NCBI GenBank assembly: GCA_963721665.1
Contig: CAVRJZ010000012.1
Coordinates: forward strand, 39,157-103,156
Origin: an uncultured Alphaproteobacteria bacterium
Lineage (GTDB): Bacteria > Pseudomonadota > Alphaproteobacteria > Rhizobiales > Xanthobacteraceae
DNA: 64,000 bases
Direction of reading: 5' to 3'
Both the position numbers and the translations under genes were made by a program. The notes beneath the pieces were generated by a model. That model worked only from the letters and a program-made list of their open reading frames with translations. It was not told the DNA's origin and did no database searches. Positions 54,545-63,628 of this stretch are shown here, in pieces; the stretch's first letter is position 1; each line of letters starts with the position of its first letter.

Positions 54545-55528
54545 CGTTCACCCTCGCCCATCTCTCCGACCCGCATTTGGCGCCGCTGCCGGCGCCGCGC
54601 GTCACCGAGCTCATCGGCAAGCGGATCACCGGCTATATCAACTGGCAGCGCAATCGCCGCCTCATTCACGACGCCGAGGTGCTGGGCAAGATCCTCGCCG
54701 ACCTGAAGACGCAAAAGCCCGACCACATCGCGGTCACCGGCGACCTCACCAATATCGCGCTGCCGCAGGAATTCGTGCACGGCCGCGCCTTCCTGGAATC
54801 GCTGGGCGCGCCCGCCGAGGTGACCGTCATCCCCGGCAATCACGATGCCTATGTGCGCGCGGCTAAAGGCGAGCCGGAACGCCTGTGGGGCGATTATATG
54901 CGGGGGGACGAACCAAACTCCGCTCATTCCCGCGCAAGCGGGAATCCAAAGTCAAATTCTCTGACCTCGCAGTCTGCCGCCCTGGGTCCCCGCTTTCGCG
55001 GGGACGAGCGGTTCTTTCGCGGCTTTCCCTTTGTGCGCCGGCGTGGGCCGCTGGCGCTGATCGGCTTGTCCACCGCGGTGCCGACGCGCCTGGGGCATGG
55101 CGACCGGCCGGCTCGGCCAAGCGCAGCTTACGCGGCTCGGCGAAACGCTTGGCGCGCTTGCGCGCGAGCCGCTGTTCCGCGTGGTGCTGATTCATCATCC
55201 GCCGGTGAGCCAGGCCAAGCGCCACAAGCTTTTGACCGACGCCGCCGACTTCTTGCGCGTCATCGCCGCGCAAGGCGCCGAACTGGTGCTGCACGGCCAC
55301 GACCACCTGCACATGACCAACTGGCTCAGCGGCCCCAACGGCGCGCGCGTGCCGGCGGTCGGCGTGCCGTCGGCCTCGGCCGCCTGGGGCATGAGCAAAA
55401 ACACCGCCGCCTATAATCTCTACGCCATCGACGGCGCGCCCGGCGCCTGGACCTGCGCCATGACCTCGCGCGGCATCGGCGCCGCCGGCACGGTGATGCA
55501 GCAGCGAAGGATCAAGCTTCTCGGTTAG
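54541..55528 (+). CDS. metallophosphoesterase (calcineurin-like) with in-frame palindrome insertion; one indel near 55090
   Basis: AHLSDPH, VTGDLTN, IPGNHDAY, HHPP, LHGHDH. Confidence 0.9.
54920..55011. repeat. palindromic element inside a CDS
   Basis: CCGCTCATTCCCGCGCAAGCGGGAATCCA...TGGGTCCCCGCTTTCGCGGGGACGAGCGG; related to 52277-52407. Confidence 0.88.
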
Positions 55529-56100
55529 GGTCGCGGGGCGCTGAGCAAGGCGATCGCCACCAGCACGATGACGGTGAGGATCACGCCGTAACAGAAGGTG
55601 CGGATCGCGCGCAGGCGGCCGCGGCGCTGCTCGTGCTCGACCATTTTCTGCGCGGTCGCCTGGCCGAACGGCGTATCGTCGGCAAGCGCCCGCTCGCGCT
55701 CGATCAACCGGCGCGCCACGTAGCCGGTGACCGCGTGCACCATCTCCGGCACTTCGTAGGTCTCGGCCAGCACCACGCGGCCGTAACGGGTGTCCTGCAC
55801 GAAACGATATTGCCGCTTGTCGCGGCCCATCTCGACATGGGCGATGACGTCGACCCACAGCCGCGGCACGTCGCCTTTGCTCACGCCGCGGTCGAACAGC
55901 TCGACGTCCTTGGGGATGTCCTTGAACGTCGGATCGAGCGCCTCGTTGAGCAGTTCGAGCCGCGCCACCTCGGCGTCGCGCAGGTCGACGACCACGGCCG
56001 AACGCTCGGCCGCCTCGATGCGCGCCTCGCGCACCGCGTCCTTGAGCGCATTAGGCGGCTCAGGTGCCGCCGCCTCGGCTTTCTTGCCACGTCCCCACAT
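55525..56100 (-). CDS. conserved hypothetical protein with C-terminal membrane anchor
   Basis: Intact 191-aa ORF with host-like codon use, GGGG RBS, C-terminal TM. Confidence 0.85.
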   Translation of the reverse strand: MWGRGKKAEAAAPEPPNALKDAVREARIEAAERSAVVVDLRDAEVARLELLNEALDPTFKDIPKDVELFDRGVSKGDVPRLWVDVIAHVEMGRDKRQYRFVQDTRYGRVVLAETYEVPEMVHAVTGYVARRLIERERALADDTPFGQATAQKMVEHEQRRGRLRAIRTFCYGVILTVIVLVAIALLSAPRP

Positions 56101-56169
56101 ACCCCCAATTTAGCAACGCGCGAGGCCGGCGCAAAGCGGAAAAGTGAAGGTTTTCAAGAAGTTTGATGG

Positions 56170-56184
56170 TTAATCGGGGGTTAA
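56170..56184. promoter_or_regulatory. CtrA binding site
   Basis: TTAA-TCGGGGG-TTAA, ~70 bp upstream of the 55525-56100 gene. Confidence 0.7.
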
Positions 56185-56966
56185 TTACTGGGAACCACGC
56201 CATACGGCTGCGCCCAGCCGAGACCTTCCTCGGTGCGGAAGCGCGGCCGGTATTCGGCGCCGATCCAGCCGGTATAGCCGAGACGGTCCACCGCCTCGAA
56301 CAAATAGCGGTAATTGACCTCGCCCTCGTCCGGCTCGTGGCGCGAGGGCACGGCGGCGCATTGCAGATGGCCGATGACCGGCAGGTGGGTTTCCAGCCGG
56401 TGCACCAGATCGCCGCCGACGATCTGCGCGTGATAGAAATCGAACTGCATCTTGATGTTGGGCTTGCCCGCCTTGGCGATGACGTCGGCGGCGTGTTCGG
56501 CGCGGTTGAGAAAATAATTCGGCCGGTCGCGGCCGTTGATCGGTTCGATCAGCAGCGTGATGTTCTTTGCGGCGGCGAGATCGGCGGCCATTTTAAGATT
56601 GTCGATGAAGACGCGCTCGGCCGCCGGGCGCTGCTCCAGCGCCACCTTGCCGGCGAGGCAATGCACCGCGCTGCCGCCGATGGTGACCGCGTAATCGAGC
56701 GCGCGGGCGAACAGGCCTGCAAAATCCTTCTCGCGCCCGGGCACCGCGGCGAGTCCGAATTCGCCCTCGCGCTCGCCCGGCGGCGTGTTGATACCCAAGA
56801 TGGTGAGCCGGTTGCGGGCGATGGCGGCCTTCACCGCGGTGGCCGGCACGTCATAGGGAAATTGCAGCTCGATCGCCTTGAAGCCGCAGGCCGCCGCCGC
56901 GTCGATGCGCGCGAGCAGCGGGCGGTCGGCGAACAGGTAGCCGAGATTGGCGGCAAATCGGGGCAT
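56181..56966 (-). CDS. hydroxypyruvate isomerase family (Hyi/OtnI-like) TIM barrel
   Basis: MPRFAANL, LLIEPIN.RD.P.YFL, QFDFYHAQI, RHEPD.GEVNY, GWIGAEYRP. Confidence 0.92.
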   Translation of the reverse strand: MPRFAANLGYLFADRPLLARIDAAAACGFKAIELQFPYDVPATAVKAAIARNRLTILGINTPPGEREGEFGLAAVPGREKDFAGLFARALDYAVTIGGSAVHCLAGKVALEQRPAAERVFIDNLKMAADLAAAKNITLLIEPINGRDRPNYFLNRAEHAADVIAKAGKPNIKMQFDFYHAQIVGGDLVHRLETHLPVIGHLQCAAVPSRHEPDEGEVNYRYLFEAVDRLGYTGWIGAEYRPRFRTEEGLGWAQPYGVVPSN

Positions 56967-57044
56967 CGTCACTCCCTTGCGGTGACCGCTTATTCCATAT
57001 TCATTAGCGCACGCTTTCGCCGGAAACAAACCAAGGAACGCTCG

Positions 57045-58130
57045 ATGTCCGCCAATTCCGCCTTCCATATCGCCGTGCTGCCGGGCGACGGCATCGGGCC
57101 GGAGGTGATGGCGCCGGCGCTGGAGATTTTGCGCCGCATCGAAGCGACGACGCCGAGCCTTAAATTCCGCTTCAGCGAAGCGCCCGCCGGCGCCAACCAT
57201 TACCGCGAGACCGGCAAGTCGATGCCGGAGTCGACAGTCAAGCTTTGCGAAGGGGCCGACGCCATTCTGCTCGGCGCCTGCGGGCTGCCGAGCGTGCGCT
57301 ATCCCGACAACACCGAAATCATGCCGCAGGTCGAGCTGCGCTTTATTTTCGATCTCTATGCCGGCGTGCGGCCGGCGCGGTTGATCCCCGGCGTGCCGAG
57401 CCCGATCGTCGGCGCGGCCGAGCACGGCATCGATTTCGTGCTCATCCGCGAGTCAACCGAAGGCCTGTTCGCCTCCATGGGCAAGGGCGTGGTGACCCAC
57501 GAGGATGCACGCGAGACGCTGGTGGTGACGCGCAAGACCACCGAGCGGCTGTTCGACTTCTCGCTGCATCTCGCCGAGCGGCGAAAAGTACGCGGCAAGC
57601 CCGGACGCCTGACGCTGGTCGACAAGGCCAATGTGTTCAAAGCCTTCAACTGGCAGCGCGACATTTTCGCCGAGCGCAAAACGAAATTCCCCGGCGTGCA
57701 GACCGACCTGCTGTATGTCGATGCCTGCGCCGCGCTGATGGTGAAGCGGCCGTGGGACTTCGACGTCATGGTGATGGAAAATATGTTCGGCGATATTCTT
57801 TCCGACTTAGCCGCCGGCCTGATCGGCGGGCTCGGCATGGCGCCGTCGGCCGATATCGGCGACAAGCACGCGGTGTTCCAGCCCTGCCACGGCACTGCGC
57901 CCGACATCATGGGGCAAGGCAAGGCCAATCCCACGGCGACGATCCTGTCCGCGGCGATGATGCTCGATTGGCTGGCCGACCGGCACGATCACCCGCCGGC
58001 GGCGGAAGCCGCGCTTCGCATCGAGCTGGCGGTGGACAAGGCTTATGCCGGCGGCATCAAGCCGATGGAGTACGGCGGCAAGGACGGCACCACGGCGATT
58101 GCCAAGGCGGTGATGGGGGCGCTGGGCTAG
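57045..58130 (+). CDS. isocitrate/isopropylmalate/tartrate dehydrogenase family protein
   Basis: LPGDGIGPEV, VDKANV, ENMFGDILSD, QPCHGTAPDI.G.GKANP. Confidence 0.9.
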   Translation: MSANSAFHIAVLPGDGIGPEVMAPALEILRRIEATTPSLKFRFSEAPAGANHYRETGKSMPESTVKLCEGADAILLGACGLPSVRYPDNTEIMPQVELRFIFDLYAGVRPARLIPGVPSPIVGAAEHGIDFVLIRESTEGLFASMGKGVVTHEDARETLVVTRKTTERLFDFSLHLAERRKVRGKPGRLTLVDKANVFKAFNWQRDIFAERKTKFPGVQTDLLYVDACAALMVKRPWDFDVMVMENMFGDILSDLAAGLIGGLGMAPSADIGDKHAVFQPCHGTAPDIMGQGKANPTATILSAAMMLDWLADRHDHPPAAEAALRIELAVDKAYAGGIKPMEYGGKDGTTAIAKAVMGALG

Positions 58131-58135
58131 TTTTT

Positions 58136-58238
58136 GTCATTCCGGGGCGCGAGCAACGCGAGCGAAACCGGAATCCAGATATCCATGTGTTGCTTCTCTG
58201 GATTCCGGGTCCACCGCTTCGCGGTGTCCCGGAATGAC
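58136..58238. repeat. REP/REPIN-like palindromic element, second copy of the 20895 family
   Basis: GTCATTCCGGGGCGCGAGC...CCGGAATCCAG...CTGGATTCCGGG...CCCGGAATGAC. Confidence 0.9.
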
Positions 58239-58247
58239 AGAAAAGAA

Positions 58248-59036
58248 TTACAACCCCACGAAATCCTTGATCACGGCCAAAAATTGCTGCGGCTGTTCCA
58301 GCGGCGGGCAGTGGCCGCAGCCGGGCAGTTCGACGTAAGTCGCGCCTTTAACTTTGCTCGCAATCGCCTTGTTGAGCGGCGGCGGCGTCGCCTGGTCGAG
58401 TTCGCCGCACACGACGAGCGTCGGCACTTTCATGCGATGCAGCAGCGGCTCGAGGTCGACCTCTTGCAATATTTTGCACGCCGCCTGGAACGCCTTCGCG
58501 TCGATCTGCATGAGCACCGCCTTGCGCTGCTCGATCGCCTCGGGATGCGCGGCGAGATAGGCTGGCGAGAACACCCGCTTGGCGGCGATTTCGGCAATCG
58601 AGCCGAGGCCGGCTTCGCCCACCTTGCCCGCCATCGCCGCGAAGGCCGCGCGCCCCTCGGGCGGGAACGCGGCGGCGGCACCGCTAAGCACCAGCTTGGC
58701 GACCCGTTCGGGATGCGCCAGCGCGAAAGCAAGTGCGACCGTGCCGCCGAAGCCGTTGCCGATGAGGATCGAGTCGACGCCGATGCCGAATTCCTGATAG
58801 CCGTCCTCGATCGCCGCGATGTAGGCGTCCATCAGCGCCAGCGGCGTCGGAAGCGAGCCGTCGAAACCCGGCAGGTTGATCAGCGTGACGCGATGCTTTT
58901 CGGCGAGCGCCGGCAGAACGGAATCGAAGGCGTGGCGGTCGGCGAGCAGCGAATGCAGCAGCACCAGATCGCGGCCTTGCCCGGTGCGCACCGCGGTGAG
59001 CGTGCCGTGGCCGGCGGTGAGTTGTTCGAATTGCAT
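58248..59036 (-). CDS. alpha/beta fold hydrolase (PcaD-like) with atypical nucleophile elbow
   Basis: LLHSL, NLPGFDGS, IGNGFGG, GELD, GHCPPLE. Confidence 0.85.
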   Translation of the reverse strand: MQFEQLTAGHGTLTAVRTGQGRDLVLLHSLLADRHAFDSVLPALAEKHRVTLINLPGFDGSLPTPLALMDAYIAAIEDGYQEFGIGVDSILIGNGFGGTVALAFALAHPERVAKLVLSGAAAAFPPEGRAAFAAMAGKVGEAGLGSIAEIAAKRVFSPAYLAAHPEAIEQRKAVLMQIDAKAFQAACKILQEVDLEPLLHRMKVPTLVVCGELDQATPPPLNKAIASKVKGATYVELPGCGHCPPLEQPQQFLAVIKDFVGL

Positions 59037-59115
59037 AACCTTCTCCGTGCCTAAAAACGAACGGCCGCGCCAAAGACGGCGCAGCCGTGATTATAGGAAC
59101 GCTGCCGCCGCCGTT

Positions 59116-60174
59116 TCAGTTCCCTTCCCGCCAGATGCCGAGCGATTCCTGCGCCGGCCGGTCGGAGATCGAGAACAGCACCGCCTCTTTGGCCGCATTG
59201 TGGAAGTAACGCTTCCATGGCGGCACCACGAACACGTCGTTGACGCTCCAGTCGAAGGGCTTGCCGTCGATGATGGTGGTGCCCTCGCCCTCGGCGACCG
59301 CGAAGATGGCGCCGTCGGTCGACCGGCACGGCTCGCCCTTGAAGCCTTTGGGCAGCAGCGCGAGATGCGCGCCCATGGTCGGCAAGACCGGTCCACCATT
59401 GATCGGATTGGCGTAGCGCACGCGCGCGCCGTGGCGCTTGTCGATGTCGCCGGTATCTTTCAGCCGTTGCAGGATCGGCCGCATTTTCGCGTAAGGGTAG
59501 TTGATCACCGGCGTGCGGTTGGTGGTCGCCGGCAAACCGTCGGGCAGCACGCCGGTGGCGTAACGGGCAAACGAGTCGCCGTCTTCATGATTGGTCTTTT
59601 GCATCTTCTCGTCGAAATGTTCGGAGAAGGACGCCTGGAAATGATTGACCGTCGGCATGTCGAGCACGTCGAGCCACATCACCGGCTCTCTGCCGGGATT
59701 GCCGTGGTCGTGCGGCGCCCAGTTGGCGGTGATGATGAAGTCGCCGTGCTTCATCATGCTCTTCTCGCCCTCGACCGCGGTATAGGCGCCCTCGCCTTCT
59801 AGCACGAAGCGGATGGCAGACGCGGAATGCCGGTGCACGTCGGCGATCTCGCCGGGCAGGATGAGCTGGATGCCGGCATACAGAGAATGGGTGATGCGCG
59901 CGTTGCCGGTTTCGCCGGGATTTTCCAAGACCAGCACGCGGCGCTCGGCCTCCTCGGCGCTGATCACCTCGCCGGCTTCCAGCATCAGCTTCCTGACGTC
60001 GGAAAATTTCCACAACGCCGGCCGGCAGTTCGTCTTCGGCTCCGGCGTCACCAGGTCCTTGAGCACCTCCCAGAGCGGCGCCATGTGGAATTTGGAAATC
60101 TTGTCGTAATAGGCCTGCCGCGCGGCCTGCACGTTGTGCTTGGACCCCGGCTGCGATGCGGTTGCGACCGCCAT
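59116..60174 (-). CDS. gtdA: gentisate 1,2-dioxygenase-like bicupin
   Basis: AERRVLVLENPG, LYAGIQLILPGE...HRHSASAIRF, HDHGN, WLDVLDMP, YANPINGG. Confidence 0.85.
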   Translation of the reverse strand: MAVATASQPGSKHNVQAARQAYYDKISKFHMAPLWEVLKDLVTPEPKTNCRPALWKFSDVRKLMLEAGEVISAEEAERRVLVLENPGETGNARITHSLYAGIQLILPGEIADVHRHSASAIRFVLEGEGAYTAVEGEKSMMKHGDFIITANWAPHDHGNPGREPVMWLDVLDMPTVNHFQASFSEHFDEKMQKTNHEDGDSFARYATGVLPDGLPATTNRTPVINYPYAKMRPILQRLKDTGDIDKRHGARVRYANPINGGPVLPTMGAHLALLPKGFKGEPCRSTDGAIFAVAEGEGTTIIDGKPFDWSVNDVFVVPPWKRYFHNAAKEAVLFSISDRPAQESLGIWREGN

Positions 60175-60377
60175 GGCGTGTTCCTTCCCGTTGAATTGTT
60201 GAGCTTTATAGCGCGGTTCGGCGCAGGCCGGAATATGCCCGAAAGCGACTGTCGGGCGGCGCGGTTTTGTGCTGAATTTGGCCGGGGGCACGCGACTCGC
60301 TACGCGGCGGAATTCGTTACTCGGTATATCGTCTACCGGTGCGGACCCGACCGCGCTGCATTCGCTCTCGGCCGGCG

Positions 60378-61295
60378 ATGGAAATATATCTCCCGATTGC
60401 GCAAATAGCCGTCAATTTGTTCGTGGTCCTCGGCATTGGTCTGGCCGTGGGCTTCCTGTCCGGCATGCTCGGCGTGAGCGGCGGCTTTATTACGACCCCG
60501 CTGTTGATCTTCTACGGCATCCCGTCCGGGATCGCCGTTGCCAGTCAAGCGAGCCCGGTCGCGGCCGCAGCCCTTGTCGGCGCGATCCGCCAAGGCGGCA
60601 GAAAATCCGTGGACTACAAGATGGGCTCTTGGCTATTGCTGGGCGGCCTCGTCGGTTCGGCGGTTGGCGTCGGCGTATTCGACCTCCTGCGACAACTCGG
60701 CCAAATCGATTTCGTCATCAAGATGAGTTACCTGCTGCTGTTGGGCACGATCGGCAGCTTGATGCTGGTGGAGAGCGCGCGGGCGATTATTGCCGCCCGC
60801 AAAGGCAAGCACGTCGGCCGCAAGCCGGGCCAACACACGTGGATCCACAATCTGCCTTTGAAAGTGCGGTTCTACCGGTCGGGGCTCTATATCAGCGTCA
60901 TCCCGGTGGTCGTGCTCGGATTTCTGGTCGCCATCATGACGGCGATCCTGGGCACCGGCGGCGCTTTCATCCTCATCCCGGCCAAGGTCTATCTGCTGCG
61001 TATGCGCACGACGCTGGCGATCGGCACGTCGCAATTCCAGATGTTCATCGTCGCTTGCATGGCAACCGTCATGCATGCGTCGATCGACCATACCGTCGAT
61101 ATCGTGCTGGCCTTGATTCTCGTCGTCGGCAGCGCGATCGGCGCGCAATTCGGGGCTGGCGCCGGCGCCAACCTGAAGGCCGAAGAGCTGCGCATCGCGC
61201 TTGCCTTGTTGATCCTTGCGATCGCCGTGCGGCTCTTTATAGAACTCGTCGTCGAACCGGACGATCTCTATTCAATCCTGCAACTAACGCGGTGA
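60378..61295 (+). CDS. sulfite exporter TauE/SafE family protein
   Basis: MEIYLPIA, VGFLSGMLGVSGGF..TP, AIGTS; multiple TM helices. Confidence 0.9.
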   Translation: MEIYLPIAQIAVNLFVVLGIGLAVGFLSGMLGVSGGFITTPLLIFYGIPSGIAVASQASPVAAAALVGAIRQGGRKSVDYKMGSWLLLGGLVGSAVGVGVFDLLRQLGQIDFVIKMSYLLLLGTIGSLMLVESARAIIAARKGKHVGRKPGQHTWIHNLPLKVRFYRSGLYISVIPVVVLGFLVAIMTAILGTGGAFILIPAKVYLLRMRTTLAIGTSQFQMFIVACMATVMHASIDHTVDIVLALILVVGSAIGAQFGAGAGANLKAEELRIALALLILAIAVRLFIELVVEPDDLYSILQLTR

Positions 61296-61314
61296 CGATT
61301 GCGCCCGGCGAGCC

Positions 61315-61369
61315 GTGTCGTGGCCGGCCTTGTGCCGCCCATCCCGCTTAGGTAGGCAGGTGACGACAC
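61315..61369. repeat. degenerate half of the 35828-type palindromic repeat
   Basis: GTCGTGGCCGGCCTTGTGCCGCCCATCC..., terminal GTGTCGT/ACGACAC IR. Confidence 0.55.
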
Positions 61370-61382
61370 GGGGGATGCAAAC

Positions 61383-62000
61383 ATGCCGAGGGACACCGCC
61401 GACCGCCTGGCCATTCGCGATCTGGTCGAGAACTGGGCCGTCTACCGCGACGCCCGCCTGTGGGACTTGTTCCGCACCGTCTGGCACAAGGAGGGCTGGA
61501 TGATGGCCACCTGGTATCAGGGGCCGTACGAGGAATTCATCCGGCAAGGCAAAGAAGGCTACGACAACGGCGTGCGTTTCTTGCATTTCCTCGGCGGCAC
61601 ATCGATCGAGCTCAAGGGAAAACGGGCGATCGCGCAGACCAAGATGACGATCTCGCAACGCGCGACCGTCGACGGCGTGCAATGCGACGTGGTGTGCACC
61701 GGCCGCTTCTATAATTTCGTGGAGAAGCGGCGCGGCCGCTGGGGCATCGTCTTGCGCGAAACGATTTACGAAAAGGACCGGCTCGATCCGGTCGATCCTG
61801 CGGCCACGCTCAAGCTCGACCGCGCGTTGCTGGAAAGCTTTCCGGAGGGCTATCGCCATCTCGCTTATCTGCAGACCCGCATCGGCTACAAGGTCAAGCC
61901 CGACATGCCGTGTCTCGACGGACCGGAGCTTGCCGCGCTCTACGCCAAGGGCGCAAGCTGGCTCAAGGGCAAAAAGCTACCGGCCATGCGCGCCGGCTGA
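61383..62000 (+). CDS. SnoaL/NTF2-like protein
   Basis: DRLAIRDLVENW...RD, HFLGG, GRFYNFVEKR, IYEKDRLDP. Confidence 0.85.
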   Translation: MPRDTADRLAIRDLVENWAVYRDARLWDLFRTVWHKEGWMMATWYQGPYEEFIRQGKEGYDNGVRFLHFLGGTSIELKGKRAIAQTKMTISQRATVDGVQCDVVCTGRFYNFVEKRRGRWGIVLRETIYEKDRLDPVDPAATLKLDRALLESFPEGYRHLAYLQTRIGYKVKPDMPCLDGPELAALYAKGASWLKGKKLPAMRAG

Positions 62001-62065
62001 GGGCTTGGCCGGCGCGGCAAGAAGTGCGATTTTGCCGGCCAATAAGAAAAGCCTTGGGGGGCACG

Positions 62066-62458
62066 ATGGCGTTCGCCGACAAGTTCAACCTGCTCAACGA
62101 ATTCAACATCCTGCGCCTGATCTGCGGCCTGTTTTTCATTCCGCATATTTACGGCAAGTTCTACGAGCCGGCCGCGCTCGGCTTCTTCAAGGCCGCCAAT
62201 TTCAAGCCGCCGGCGTTCTGGATGTATCTTTCCGGCACGATCGAGACGGTGCTGGCGATCGGCCTGATCTTCGGCATCTACACGGCGCTTGCCGGCGCCA
62301 TCGCCGCGATCCATCTTGGCGTCGCCACCGTCGCGGTCGCCCGCCTCACGAAGAAATGGCTTTGGAATATCGGCGGCTACGAATATTGCCTGTTCTGGGC
62401 GATTTCGTGCCTGGTCGTCGCCATGCAAGCCTACCATAGTGGCGGCATCTGGGGCTAA
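62066..62458 (+). CDS. DoxX family membrane protein
   Basis: LRLICGLFFIPH..GK, IE....GLIFG, WLWNIGGYEY. Confidence 0.88.
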   Translation: MAFADKFNLLNEFNILRLICGLFFIPHIYGKFYEPAALGFFKAANFKPPAFWMYLSGTIETVLAIGLIFGIYTALAGAIAAIHLGVATVAVARLTKKWLWNIGGYEYCLFWAISCLVVAMQAYHSGGIWG

Positions 62459-62509
62459 ACGAAACGCACCCGCAAAGACATCTCCGTTCCTCGAAAGGAA
62501 ATCCGTCCC

Positions 62510-63625
62510 ATGGCTAGCGTCCTGTTCTCTCCCATCACGCTACGCGGTCTCACTTTGCCCAACCGCGTCGTCGTCTCGCCGATGTGCCAGTACGCCTCCA
62601 ACGACGGCTCTGCCACGGATTGGCACTTGATGCACCTCGGCTCGTTTTCGCTCGGCTGCGCCGGGCTGGTGATGGCCGAGATGACCGACGTCAACCCGCA
62701 TGGACGCATCTCGCCGAAATGCGCCGGCATGTGGTCGGACGACAACGAGAAGGCGCTCAAGCGCGTGCACGATTTCTGCCGGCAATACGGCGTGGCGAAA
62801 CTGGGCGTGCAGCTCGCGCACGCCGGCCGCAAGGGGCCGACCGCGCCGCCGGCGATGGGCGGCAAGCCGATCCTGGAAGGGCCGGAGGCTTGGACGCCGG
62901 AAGCGCCCTCGGCCATCCCCTACGATACCGGCTGGCCGGTGCCGCACGCCATGACTAAGGATGACATCAAGCGCTGCATCGGCGAATTCGTGTCAGCGGC
63001 AAAGCGGGTCGACCGCATCGGCTACGACCTGATCGAGTTGCACGGCGCGCACGGGTATCTGACGCACCAGTTCCTGTCGCCGATCTCCAATAAGCGCACC
63101 GACGAATACGGCGGCTCGTTGGAAAACCGCATGCGTTTCGCCATTGAATTGTACGAAGCGGTGCGCAGCGTTTGGCCGGAAGCAAAACCGCTCGGCATGC
63201 GCGTCTCCGCCACCGATTGGGTCGAGGGCGGCTGGACGCCGGAAGAGACCGTCGTGCTTGCCAAGGAACTGAAAAAACGCGGCATGGACTATATGGACGT
63301 GTCGACCGGCGGGCTTTCGCCGCAACAGAAGCTGCCGCTTTCGCCCGGCTATCAGGTGCCGTTCGCCGAGAAAATAAAGAAGGAAAGCGGCATCGCCACC
63401 ATGACGGTCGGGCTGATCGCCGGCTACCGGCAGGCGGAAGACATCGTCGCTTCGGGCAAAGCGGATATGGTGGCGCTGGCGCGCGGCGCCATGTGGGATC
63501 CGCGCTGGGCTTGGCACGCGGCCGAGGAGCTCGGCGCCGAGGCGCCCTACGCGCCGAAGATGATGGCCTGCCATCCGAAACTGCGGCCGCAATTGTTTCC
63601 GCGCTGGGCCAAGCCGGCGGGCTAA
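62510..63625 (+). CDS. NADH:flavin oxidoreductase (old yellow enzyme, NamA-like)
   Basis: NRVVVSPMCQY, QLAHAGRK, ELHGAHGYL.HQFLSP.SNKRTDEYGGSLENR, PGYQVPFA. Confidence 0.95.
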   Translation: MASVLFSPITLRGLTLPNRVVVSPMCQYASNDGSATDWHLMHLGSFSLGCAGLVMAEMTDVNPHGRISPKCAGMWSDDNEKALKRVHDFCRQYGVAKLGVQLAHAGRKGPTAPPAMGGKPILEGPEAWTPEAPSAIPYDTGWPVPHAMTKDDIKRCIGEFVSAAKRVDRIGYDLIELHGAHGYLTHQFLSPISNKRTDEYGGSLENRMRFAIELYEAVRSVWPEAKPLGMRVSATDWVEGGWTPEETVVLAKELKKRGMDYMDVSTGGLSPQQKLPLSPGYQVPFAEKIKKESGIATMTVGLIAGYRQAEDIVASGKADMVALARGAMWDPRWAWHAAEELGAEAPYAPKMMACHPKLRPQLFPRWAKPAG

Positions 63626-63628
63626 GTC

